Below are positions 27,159 to 40,300 of a DNA stretch of 64,000 nt, one piece after another; position 1 is the stretch's first letter, and the number at the start of each line of letters is the position of its first letter. The DNA lies in the NCBI GenBank assembly GCA_003344405.1, contig NOWV01000119.1, positions 124,001-188,000 on the forward strand, written 5' to 3'. The translations under genes were made by a program, and so were the position numbers. Below the pieces are notes generated by a model that worked only from the letters and a program-made list of their open reading frames with translations, was not told the DNA's origin and made no database searches. The stretch comes from Trichoplax sp. H2 (taxonomy: Eukaryota).

Positions 27159-28811
27159 TTAATGCTGGCGAGCCATCCATGCAGATAAGGGACCATGATC
27201 CTTCAAATACTGACAACCAACACCGTCAGATAGCAATTTACCATCTTGCTGCATCTGCAAATAGTCTTCTTTATCCCATTTAGTAAATCCCCATTTCTTA
27301 GAAACATAGATCTTTAAAATATCAAAGAAGGATTTAATAAATAACCATACTTGCAATGTCATCTGTATTGATAGTTCAATCAGCTTATACAGATACTCGT
27401 AGATTAAACAACAAAAAACGGATGATCGGTAACTATTGTTGTTATTTGTTTATAATCGAGGAGATTGTTACCTTTTGGCGTCCAGGGAACTTAAATTTAG
27501 CACGTCTTAAAGCTTCAATAGCCTTAGCTTGGTGATTATCTTTTGTCCTGATTGAGATAAGAGGCTGTCCGATTTTTACACGAGCTACAGTGCCGTAAGG
27601 TTTACCAAAGGCACCACGCATACCTGTTTGCAATCTAATGGAATAAACACCATGTCATTAACTAAATTAGAGTATCTATGATTTTAGTAGGCAAAGACCA
27701 ACAGATCGGGCTAATGTTAATATAGTCCGGACAATTCTATTTCACTTTCACTAGTGTAACTACTAACGATTACCATTCATGAGAGTTTATATTGCTAAAA
27801 CTTTGAGAAAGTGCGGCATGACTTTTCCGTTATCATGCCAAGTAGACTTTCTGATGGTAAGAGACTACTACGATCTATAGGTGTATGTCAATTTTGGAAG
27901 GAGATTCCTACCTATCGGCACCGGCGCACGACAACATCTTGTTAATACGTAAAACATGGAAAGGATGGACACGTATACGGATATGAAATTGATCTTTCGC
28001 GGTGTACTTTACCATGTACTTGTTGCAACAGATACGAGCTGCTTCTAACGCTTCGCTTGACAACTGCTCAAACTCATCTGATACCAAATGGATGCATGTT
28101 GGAAAGTCTTCTACATTAGCCTTTTTACGACCGAGATCGTAGATGCGAATTTTGGGATCTATTGAGGTTCATAAATAACGGATTACAATGATTAATAGTT
28201 ATTTCGTTTTGCATAAGGTTATTAATATGGCACAAAATATCAACGAGCACATAAGAGTATATGATAATATCTTAATATCTGCATTCGCTTGCAGCAATTT
28301 CCGAATATTGACAAAATCTTAAAAGTGGGTTACAGAACAACATTGGCCTACTATATGCATTGCTTCTTCCAGTCAATAAAAACGATCATCTTACCAAAGA
28401 ATGTAATCTGATGGAAAACTACCAGTACAATATAGTACTACTTTACGCATAGATCGCTGGCACTACTACGACATAATGTTAGATACTACATAAGCAAGCA
28501 GTAACGTATTGAAAAAAAATAAATGTTTATGCAGATGTTATTACCGTTGAGCTTATCATACACGATCACTCACCTGGGACACCACGACAGAAACGCGATT
28601 TAGGGTATGCTTTATTCTTGCAATAACGATAGCTGCAAACGAAATCAACTTGTTAGTAACACTTTACAAACTGCTTCATAACCATTTCAGCACAGTATTT
28701 TTTCGTCTATTGAGATTTTCTTAAGAAGCAGAGTTTACGGTATGATAGCAAAAGGTAATTATTGTAATATTAGCAATCATTCCTTTACCATCGGGCTGGA
28801 CGACGACCCAT
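27159..28811 (-). CDS. RPL10: 60S ribosomal protein L10 (uL16); coding exons 28811-28789, 28632-28574, 28158-27912, 27634-27472, 27311-27159
   Basis: [41 protein letters not shown]...[18 protein letters not shown]...[20 protein letters not shown]. Exon phases are consistent. Confidence 0.98.
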
Positions 28812-29824
28812 CTTGATAGGCAAGTATTATAAAAAAACTTTTGGACGTAGAACCTATTGAAATTAGAAATGTTGAGTTCATCTTGCCGTCAACAACAGAA
28901 TTCATTGAAAAAAATTTTCGTTTCAAAGTCAGCAATGTAACTGTGGTTATAAATCTCGAGTCTACAAGAAAATAATACTGCAAAGTATACATTGATGTCA
29001 TCCACTGCTAAACGGATGAGAGCGCCAGCAACTTTTAGCCTATCAACTGTTGTGAATAAGTAAAACTATCTCGATACCTTTCCTGTTTATAAATAAATCA
29101 AGTCAAAAAAATCAATGTACTTGGATGCCATTTTACAAATCATTCCAGTACAGTAGAATACAACAAGCATGGAAACTTACTGATACGAATTACGTTTTAG
29201 CGTTGATAACTAATTGGAGAATTGTCAATTTCTGTGGATTGGCAGACAACAAGTCCGAGTAGATGAAATGATACGCAGATGGCACACTTTCTGGCTATAA
29301 TATCACAACATTCGACTTTGTAAGTTACTGACTCATCCGTGACTCATCATATTTTGAATACTGAACGATAGAGCAAGAAAAGGATATTGCACAAGTGCCG
29401 TCCATAGTGACTGTAGTGAGCATTGGTTACAAGCGACGCTCGTAAGTGATTTGGTATCCATGATAACATTATATACTGTAGATAGCTCTAGAAAATAATA
29501 TCAACTTTGCCTTCCTAAAATCTAGTGTCGACATGTAGATATAATTTGCCGTTGAAGAAGACATCGACGTGTGTGGATTAACTAACTTTCAGTCAATGGC
29601 ACCTTGACTTGTATATCAAGTCCTACTGTATGCCTACCAGTGTGGTGGTGTATGCATCAATTCAATGATGAATTTGATTCAAGAACGAACTTTGCTGATT
29701 ATTCCGATCAATGGAAACTAACATGACAAATTGATGTAAAATTCTATTCTCTAAATCTTTTTTACGCTATCAATCATGGATGCATCGACAGATTGAAGAT
29801 TCCATTAGGATTTTAGCAGCTTAC

Positions 29825-29893
29825 CTAAAATTGATATCCGCCACCACACTAGGAGCTCCGCCGTCAACTACATGTACAGTACAAGAGGAAGAG
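29825..29893 (-). promoter_or_regulatory. RPL10: Probable non-coding first exon of RPL10 beginning with a 5'TOP/TCT pyrimidine tract
   Basis: The minus strand reads CTCTTCCTCTT...ATTTTAG|GTAAGC. A candidate acceptor TTCTAATTTCAATAG| lies at 28853, 42 nt before the ATG. Confidence 0.7.
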
Positions 29894-31468
29894 TATAAGA
29901 TCTAGGATGAAGCATATATAGTCCATTTTTGTGCGAGTGCGCAGTTGAGAAGGAGTGCGTTCTCAAGCATGCGCAATATGCTTGGCCCTACACAGAACGG
30001 TAGAAGGGCAATCAACCATTACTGCGTAGGGTAAATTAGCCACTCTGTGTTTTTTTTCTTACCTCTATGATTTCAACTGGCGGCAGGCACTACTAAATCA
30101 TCATTTTTGCTAGCGAGTACAGTAAAAGAAAACCATGGTACAGTACTTAATCATATCTTGCCTAGCACAAATAGAGAGCGAACACAATATCACTGGTCAA
30201 GAAGAGTGAGGGAGGACCCTCAATATCAGACTGGTCCATCATGCTGTGTCATGCTGTCGGCTGTCCGCTGTCCGCTGGCAGAGGCTTTTTTTTCTTCAGG
30301 AAGCGTCCATCCGCACGTCTATCCAGGATCATGGTACAGACGTACAGACTTCTCTTATTGACTGTCCCTTCAGCCTTGTTACAAGTGACTGAGAGATGGC
30401 TTGTACTAGTAGCTTGTACTATGTTAAGAATTTTCGAAAAAGAAATAAAAATAACTCAATACTGCGGTGAGAATTAGCAATAACATCAAGAGGCGATGGC
30501 TCAACATTGTAATGATCTATTTGCGTGAAACTTGACTGAAGTTTCAAGTAAAATATGTTAAAAATTGAAAGAGAATGAATACTGTAAAGGTAACACTACT
30601 GCTGATCAACTTTCAATCAGTATGCTGTGCAGTACAGTGCAGTAATTGTCATCCATTTTTCTGTCCGTAGCAACTGGATCACATGACAGTCATCCAAAGT
30701 TGATGTTGATGTTGACTACATCGTGAGTACTTTAGCGGAGAGTAGAGATGAGTGTTTGGTGATAGAGTAGAGACATAGTGTAGAGAGGTAGAGACATCAA
30801 TTCAAAAAATCAATCAATGATGGGTAGAACAACTGCAGCAAGTATGCGAGATAAACAACGCTGTCACCAGCAACAGCGTCGTAGCAGTTTTTCACTTCAC
30901 ACATTTCAACATAGAAGAAGCTGTTTCTAAGACTTCTTCTTCTACAATATTGTAGCTCTTACTTGGTGTAGCCTGGCCAGTACTTTCCATTACACTTGCT
31001 AGTATTAAGTTGGGCATTGTTTTAAATCAGGCCATGGATATCATCCGATGTCTACGAATAGAATATTTCCCCACCAAATAACTCCATGGCAGCTTGATCA
31101 TAATTGGCTACAGTGTACAGTACACCCATTGGTATAGTACAGTACAATTCACTGTATCCGTGTCCTACAACGGTAAAGGTCTAAAATGCGAACTCGATCA
31201 TCATTGCGTGTGACTAGGTTCAGTAGGGTGATGGTGCTGTCAGCAGCAACACTATGGTCCTACCAGGAAAATGATGTCATCGTACAGTACGTTTACGGTG
31301 GTACGTGGTGCAGGCAGAGTCGTCCATGACTGGCTGACTGGTCACAGTGGTTGAAACGTTGAAGTGGTGAAGCTTGAATGGGAGCCGTGGGAGACGTCAG
31401 AGGACTCTCTTCCACTACAAGTGTTACATTCGAAAGTGACGTCAGTACAGTATTGGTCGGCAGCAATC

Positions 31469-33133
31469 ATGGCGCAAGGAATGGCTAGCTCGTTCTTGTT
31501 CATCATCTTGGTTATTAGCAGTTGTTATGCATTAGATAATGTTCGATATAGAGATTGTGGTAAGGAGAAAGAGCAACTAGTCTTGCTCATCCATTTGATA
31601 CTGTGAGCAGGGTTAAGAGAAACTTCCATTTCTGTCTCAAATCGATTTGAAATTCTTGCAATCCAAAGTGGCATTCAATAGTCATGCTGCTAATATGGAT
31701 GATTGTCCATTTCTTGTCTGTAGTCAAGAATATGCAGAAGTTGTCATTGATACTTTAGCATTGAAATTAGAGTATTCGTTATTGGAGTATATTGTCAGTG
31801 CTGTAATAGTATAGTCATGGAAGGAGCATTTTAGGCAACAGTATCATCATTTGGGGGGTATTTGCATAATTATAATTGATGTTTTGTTTCAACCACAGGT
31901 TCTCAAGTGGGAAAAGTCAAATCGCTTTCAATTAATCCATGCACCTCTCAACCTTGTATCTTGAAACGTGGAACTAATGTCACCGTTACCATCAACTTTT
32001 CACCATGTACGTAGAACACGATAAGGATCATGGATTGTAAAATAATATGTAATCAAAACGCAAAGGAGCAATGCAATGATCCAGCACCAATACTAAACGG
32101 ACAGTTGAACACACTGTACTCGTACTATTTTTTAGTCGTATAGTCAAAGTACTTTTACAGAGGACAAGTACAATATCAACTACTACGCTACAGTTCTATT
32201 ACTATTTGTTAAAAAATTACGGTAGATTTTTACATCAAAGGATTAGCTGATTGGATTACAATTTTGTTAATAACTTGTTTCATTCTTGATCAGTAATAAT
32301 AATAATTATGCAACGACTGTAAGTTAAATTTGTATTGACAGCAGGACGATTGTATTAATCAGTTAGTAAAAGTAGAATCATTGATGGTTAACTTAAATCC
32401 TTTACTGTCGGTACAATGACAGTGAATCCAAAATCGATCGAATAAATAGCTGCATTAATCCAGAACTTTAGTATTGAGATTATGTATTCTTTGTAAGTAA
32501 TTTTAAACCAAAGTTCAACTTCTTGAATAAACCATACTGTAGAAAATGCAATTGGCTTAGTGTATAACATGATGTTAAATGCATTTATAGATAGTACACT
32601 GTAGTATTATAGTCTTAAAAAAATGAGATGAATTTTTAAGATAGGTAAATAGGACTATGAAAGTAATACATCTATTTCTTTACTCTAGCTGAGAGCATCA
32701 AGAAAATCCAAGCGGTCGTATTTGGAGTCTTAGAAGGTGTGCCCATACCTTTTCCACTTCCCAATCCTAACGGATGTAGCAATAGTGGCGTTAAGTGCCC
32801 CTTGGAGAAGAGTGCTATGTACAAGTATCACTCTATCATCCCTGTCAAGAAAATCTATCCAGCTGTAAGGAGTAGAAACTACAAGCGCAAATAACGCGAA
32901 TATTAAATCATAGTGTAGTCTAATCTTTAATCGTACAGAGTACACGCTTATAAAGTTAAATTCAACAAAATTTGCATTTGACGTGGTAAATTAGCCCCAA
33001 AGGATTAACGTATCTCCAATTTGAACTTGTTAATTTTTATACTATTTAGGTAACGTTAATCGTTCGATGGGAATTGAAAAATTCAGCCGGGAAGAAAGTG
33101 GTTTGCTTAGATATTCCTGCATCGATTGAGTAA
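31469..33133 (+). CDS. NPC2: NPC2 / ML-domain sterol-binding protein; exons 31469-31559, 31899-32006, 32689-32864, 33050-33133
   Basis: Signal peptide, then VRYRDCGS..INPCTSQPCILKRG..GVPIPFPLPNPNGC.NSGVKCPL..YPA..VRWEL..VVCLDIP, with six Cys in the mature domain. Confidence 0.96.
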
Positions 33134-34387
33134 TTCGATGGATCAATGGAACCATGCAATAAGATCTAATCTATAATAATGTAGTTTTCTTATACTTGAT
33201 TGTAATAGCTCAAATGACCAGTTATAGAAGCTCCCGATTGCTACTTGTAGCTATATACTAGTATATAATAAGATGTTTTGCCTGAAATTTTTTAAAAAGA
33301 TCTTCATTCAAGTATAATCGTAAATGTCGACTGTTTGTTTGATCTTTTAAGTTTTACAAATTCCTCGGTTAATCATACTTGGTTAGAATATGAGAAACCA
33401 TAATCTTAGGAAAATTATAATAAATGGGTACATTTTTATAAATCGATTGATTGTTGAATGACTTTTTGGGAGACTTTGAAACCGATTATTTGGATACGAC
33501 TTACCAGTACCTTATAAACTATTGTAGACGTAGTATACGCGTGTCACGAATTACCGCATATTCAGTATAATCTTTTATAATATACAGCATTTATATCCAG
33601 TGACGTAAAATTAGCCAACATGATAGGTTTTAGCGCGATTAATTAAGTCTTGCTAGCAGCAAACAACACGTATCATTTATTACATTTTAGTGATTTGGTT
33701 TGAGTTTCAAGGAAATGAAAACACAGCCTTATGTTTTTTCTACAATCTTTTACGTGCGAGAGCTAACACTTCTGCAGAAATGACAGATTGTGATTTACAC
33801 TGAACTTTACAGTATCTACAAGCGTTATTATCTATTAAAAAATTATAGACTTTGCATGTCATGGTCAACCAAAACTTCGAATTCCAAATAATACCTTTCT
33901 TCGTATCCTTTTAATCAATTCCTACACAGAATTTTGTTGCTAAAATAATTAGCTAAAATCTTGATATCAAAATAAGAAAAATAAAGACAATGCTACATTT
34001 CATAATAAGTTAATACTAAACATATATCACAATAAACATCTATCTACAAATGTAGACTGGCAAAAAGTTGTTGTTGTAAGAGGACTAAATGAGTACTGTA
34101 GGTGCTACAACAAAGTTTTCATCAGTGTACCAATCATAAATTGCCAAAAAGGCGCTATCGAAACAACCACTTATCGTCGAAATGCTCTCGTACTTGCCAT
34201 GCATACTGACGTTGTGAATGTTCAGTATCGACAGATATATACAAACAACGAGCACTCGACGATGCTTTATAATATTGCATAAGTAATCGAGTTACTTATC
34301 AGAAAACTAAGTTAATAGTTCATTGTAGGAGAGTAGAAATCCATGGTTACCAGGATTCATTGTGAAATTAGGAAGAATAAATTCAGA

Positions 34388-37300
34388 TCAAAAACCAGCA
34401 TAATTTTGAGCAGTAATTTCAGGCTCACGGCTGTTTTCCGAATCAGAAGTATCCCTATATATTACATTCGTAGCATAAAACATTCAAACTAATTTTGCTG
34501 CCAAGAAATCAGAAAATACGAACTAGGAACGTGAGATGATTAAGAAACCTACCTAAAGAAAGATAAAACTTCAATAAACTTTCGCTTGCATACGTCCTGG
34601 GCCAAATCTCTATGTTCTGCTATGACCGTGTTGATTGCTGTGCGAAGATACTGTTGTAATCTCTCCTTACGATTTTTAACGAACCGTGGATCCTGTAATG
34701 TTAAGGATAACTAATTAGCTACTACCACAAGAACTTCTTAGCATTTTTGAATTGCGATTAAAGGATTTTTATACCATTTTTTTCAGTGCATTCTTAGGTG
34801 GAAAATCCAACTTTGCTGTACTGGGATAAGTTCGTTTCATCTGTAGTATCGTGGTAATGGCCAAATGAAAATAAACGGTAAGTAATAGCATTACCTGCAT
34901 ACTACACAAGCTAAATATAGATCACAATACGCCATCAATTATTGCAAGTTGACAAACCGCTTTCCAAAATTTATAAAATTGCGCATATCTTCGGTAAATA
35001 TTCCATTCTTCATCACCAATTCTGACATAGACCTTAATGCAAATAGAAACATCTCGATTCAGAAGAACTTACATGCTAAACTTGAAATAACATCCATAAC
35101 AACATCGATAATGTACCTGGTAAACGTAGTAAGTTTCGGAACCAAGCTTTCTTAAGAATGCAGACGGAATCCAGATATTCACTAGTGGTCTAGTTACACT
35201 ACAATATAGCCATCATTCAATAAGCATTCTCTTTTAACTTTATAGATTGCAATGCATCTAAGTTTAATCCAGTTTCATACCTCTTAACTTCCAATTCTTG
35301 TAATTCTGGGTCTTCTGACTCCTGGCTAAGTGGCATCTAATCATTTTTTGTATTTACAATTGATGAGCTACCATGAATAACAGATAATTCAAGAACTAAA
35401 AGCATTTCTAACTACCGGTCCTCGTAAATTTATTAATTCCTCCTTCATACGATGTATGCTAATATCTTTACGTTGAATTTGCCGTTGGAGCATTTCATTA
35501 AACTCCAAAAGTTCTCCGCACATTTCAGCAACCTAAAGTACGAACGACACAATGCAAAGACAAAAGATGCTTTAAGTTACGATCAAGCTTATGATGTAAA
35601 TAAATTAGCTTAAACTCTTCAAAAGCTATGAAATACAAAGGTAATGTACCTGCACAAGTTTCTGTTCGTACGAGTCCTGTTCAACACTGTATTCAAATTT
35701 TAATTTTTGAAAATAGTTACTATTTTTATATTAATCATACGGATGTTGCTTAGAAAAGTTATACCTATAGACAGTAGACTGCTGTGTCTCGGGTACTGAA
35801 ATTGGTGTATCTTGTCGAATACCAGTAAGAGCTAAATGAAAATAGTGAAAATATTAAAAGAGTTTACGCATTCATTCCGCAAAGGGGCAAGAAACTAAAT
35901 TCAGTCGTAATATCAAATGTAATAGTAGAGACTGGCCATATGCACAATGCACATTTTTATCTGTAACCTTGCTTTGTTATTGGTGTTTCTTCCTTAATTT
36001 CTCGACGAAGGTGTTGTACAGCACTAACGTATTTTTTTAGTTGATTTTTTAGCATTTCTACTTCTCTGTAATAAAATATTTTCCATCATAATTAGTTACA
36101 CTCGCATTTTTATAAGATACATTTTTAAGGTTAATTTAATTGGTTTACCGAGTTAATGAGGTAACACGCTTAGTCTGCATTTCTTCGGTTAGACTAGAAG
36201 TAGCTGTGGCCTTTTCTAGTTCACCTCTTAAACGTAGGGAATTATCAACTTCTTCGTGATAAGATTTCCTCAAGGATCTACGAATGGAGACAATATAAGT
36301 TAAGGATCATAAAAGAACAATTTACTACGACATCCTAACAGTTTCTATCGAAAGTATAAAATATTTCCAAAGTATTGATCTCATAATAATGAGCTTAAGA
36401 TCAAGTGTTACGCAATGTGGATTTACGAACTTGATATTTTCTCGCATTCTTGTTCTCTCGCAATGGTTAGATAAAGCAACTTCCCTTAGTTCCTCTATAA
36501 ATATTTGACACCAAAATTAATAACAGCCACTACTTTTGAAAATGATTTCATATGCCAATAAATATAATATAAGTTTGAATTAATTGAGATCAGTCTGACC
36601 TATAGACATTTGATGTAATCGTTTTTCAAATTCCTAGAAAAATAACGATATCTTACTACGTTTTGAATTGTAAAAAGTGCACCTCGAGCTAATGTAATAG
36701 AAATTTTATCAATTTATTTGGTAACAAAAATGTCGATATAGTGGTATATTATCATACTATAAAGTCTTAGGACTGCATAGAAACTGTAGACAATAATCAG
36801 CATAAAGTCACCTTCACTTCCGAACTTGTCGTATCTGAGGAGCCATGCTGAGTACTAGGAGAAGCAAATAGAAAATGCGGTTATCAATTATTGCAGGAAA
36901 GAAGCGCATAGGTATAGCTGTATAGGTAGTATTTTAGAAACGTTAAATCAGTTAACAATTCAATTCATTACCTCTGACCCCGAGATGATAAGTCAGTGCT
37001 GTTGGAGTCAGAGTCTACTGAATGAGAATCTTCCGAAGTGATGACATCATAACTGAGTTTTGATACAGTGAGATTATCTAACATATTAAAAAAAGTGTAT
37101 AGTTAAACCATTTGTTGACACCCTTACATGATCATTTTCGCTAATCACAAACACTTTTTAAAATCATTCTACCTACTTGATTGTAATGCAGGATTATTAC
37201 ATGTCGCAAGATTTTTATTAATTTCATTACTAGCAGATGCAACCTTATTTGTAGTATCAGTTAAACTCGAAAGCGAATCATGAGATTCCACTTGGGGTAA

Positions 37301-40300
37301 CTCGTGCCGGTGTTCAGACTTGCTCTTTTCGACTATATCATAAGCGTTTTCTTTAATTACAACGTCGCTAATCTCTTGATAGTTGTAAATATGAATATCG
37401 TTCGCTAAATTAGTTAATTTCGTACATATATCGCGGCTGTTTTCTTGCTGTGAGCTAACTGCATCTAAGAATCCAATATTGTTCGCCTTTCTTTCTTCAT
37501 CTTGGCTAATTATCGTTTCTATAGAGTCTTTGGTTTCGCCGATATTCGCAGTACTTTGAGTAGTACATTCCGTGCTCATATTTTCCGTTGTTATATGATC
37601 TTCTTGTGAAGAAGATTCATCGCTTAATTCATTAATCGGCCCTTTCGTGTTCAACAAATTAGTATCTAAAAGTTTTTGATTAGAATCTTTTACAACTGCA
37701 TTTTGTTCTACTCCTTCCAGATTACTGATTGTCGCTGTTTTAAGTATGATATTAGTAGGCTCTGATGCTTTGGTGAAATCGCCTTCTGGCTTAGCTTCTA
37801 TCACTTTATTATTATTTTCCAGCATCGCAATGTCAGTAGTAGCAGATTTTGTACCTTTTATATCCCCTTCTGCAACTGAAACTTTCAATTTCTGCTGGGA
37901 CTCTTCCACAGGATCTATTTGCTCAGACAATCTAGTATTTGTAGAAGATTCCTTCATTGCGCTCAAATCAAGACTAGGATCGACAAAAGCCGATTGAAAA
38001 ACGGAATTCCATGCCATTTGTTTGGTATACAGACTATCAAGTGAGCGAAATTCAGTATCATAAGTATCGGGAGTTAGATCAGCATCTTTTAATAAATTTT
38101 GCTGTCCAGTAATATTATCGTTAACAATCTTATCCACTGAGGAGCTGTCTAGTTCTTCACTTTGCGGCTTATTGGCATCGCTTAAGGGATCCTTAACATC
38201 ACTGGCCGTATCAGCTAATACCGGGGCTTCCATTGCTGCTGATGCTGCTGTTATTGCATCATTTAGGTCGGAGTTTAAATTAGTAATTAAATCAATATTC
38301 TGAAATGGTAAAACATAGGATGTAAGAATATATATTTTAGAATAGAGTGCAATCATTCCATCTCCAAAATTGTTTCATAATAGTCTTACTTTCGAAGAAA
38401 TTGAACTATTAGTATTTCGATAATTTGCTTCGTCATTGAAAGTACTACTTGCATCTGTAGAGGTATTCAAGGTCAATGAATCCTGTAATTGCTGAGTTCC
38501 ATTGGATTCATTAATTGTGTATGAATTATTTGAGGGACTAAAAGAGATAATGCTGTCCTGGTCTTCATCGATAGTATTAGCGGGTGAAATAGTTGCAGTT
38601 TGTTTCTGTCTCTTTTTTTTGCGTTTTACAGTAGCTGCTACTATAGTAAGCCAAAATAAAGCATGTTATAATCGAAAAAGTATACAGTGAATCTAACCAA
38701 TTGGTAGATTAGTATTTGTGACATGATTCACTACTTTAATAAATAAAATACCAGGTATATTGGTAGCTGCATGTTGCGTTTTACTGGCAACATTTTCCTT
38801 TAAGACGGATGGAGGTGGGCTGGCTGAAGTAGATGATACTGCAGTCTATCAAAAATGTGAATGTTTACTCTTCCAAATCCACCATCAATGCAAATTTTAA
38901 CAAGTCATGGAATATATTTTGATATGCTATCAAATAATACGAACTAGCTTATTTGCGGAATTTAGCTGAGTGTTGTTCGATGTGATTGCGAAAACGATAG
39001 ATGATAGACCTAAAATAGTTATCATCGATTAGTACATTTCAGGCTATTAAGTTCATCTTGCACATTCGATTTGTTATATCCAACAGCTACATTAAAACGA
39101 ACAAGTTAAAAAACTGACCAGCACATGCATCTAACAATAGAGAATTCAGTTCAGTATCCAACATGAAGGCATAGCTTTCGTAAAACTTTCTAAAATTTGT
39201 ATGAAGGAAAAATTATTTTATGACGACATGAGCAGATTGAATAAAATTTCAAGTGTAGCCAATATTAAAAATAAATTTATCCAAAATGGTGATTTTACCG
39301 TATTATACTTGGATCAGCAACAACTTTTCCGAAAAATTTTTCTAAGCATCTTTCATTTAGCATACACCGTAGCCAAGCACGTCCTGGCAGCGTTCAATAA
39401 ATTGTGTAAGATAGTTGCTATTTAGAAAATTTTTGCTGTAAAGCTTATTCATACATATCTTGTCCGCTTTAGTATGTACTGTATTGATGACATTTTAATC
39501 GTCTTTTTACTATCCAATGTTATCCTTCATTATATGCTAATTACTATTGTTCTAGTTTATGGTATGTATGCTGCAGATAGAAGAGACATATTTGGATGAC
39601 AAGTGTTGAATTATTAAATGGCTTTACTGTAATAGATTGGGCGCAATTTTTAGTATCGAGTTAGTGCAGAAGGAAATAGAAAGCCCCTAAGAGATTGATT
39701 GAATAGGAAATGATAAATCAGCAACTTTATTGTTTTGCAATTCTAGAGACAGCAATTTTCGCAATAAAGCTTACTCCGCAATATAAGAAATACGAAAGTA
39801 ACAACTGGAATGCAACTTGAATTTTGCTTTGCTTGTATGATCATTCTAGGATATCAATAAACTATGAAGAGATTACAGCCTTTAGAGATGATGAATTTGT
39901 ATGCAAGAAAATTCAAACAGGGGGCTACACTAGAATTTTGATTGTGCTACTTGGTCTAATGTTATTCTCTTTATAAATATAAAATAAAAGCCGATAACCA
40001 AATCCATGTTGTAGTGAAAGATATTAATTTACAGTAGATGATCATCATTGTGGCAACTAAATCGTGTTTTTGGCACTAGAAAAGTGATTAATAATACTAA
40101 CCTCTACCAATATCACTGGAGATATTGGTTAACGAATCAAGTCGACTTAATTCCAATTCAGAAAGATACTTTTTAACCCAATTCCAAAAGCCTAAGTGAA
40201 TATGACTAAGAGTTAACTTGAAAGTAAAGTTATGCAGTTTTACAGTTTATATTATTGATATCGAGGACCGTTGTTATCATTAAGAAACAAAAGTGTATTG

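Noticed and set aside
28925-29005. C/D snoRNA in the RPL10 5' intron (ACCACAGTTA resembles an 18S antisense; CTGA nearby)
   Set aside because: The C box is non-canonical and the complementarity stops 5 nt short of the D box.
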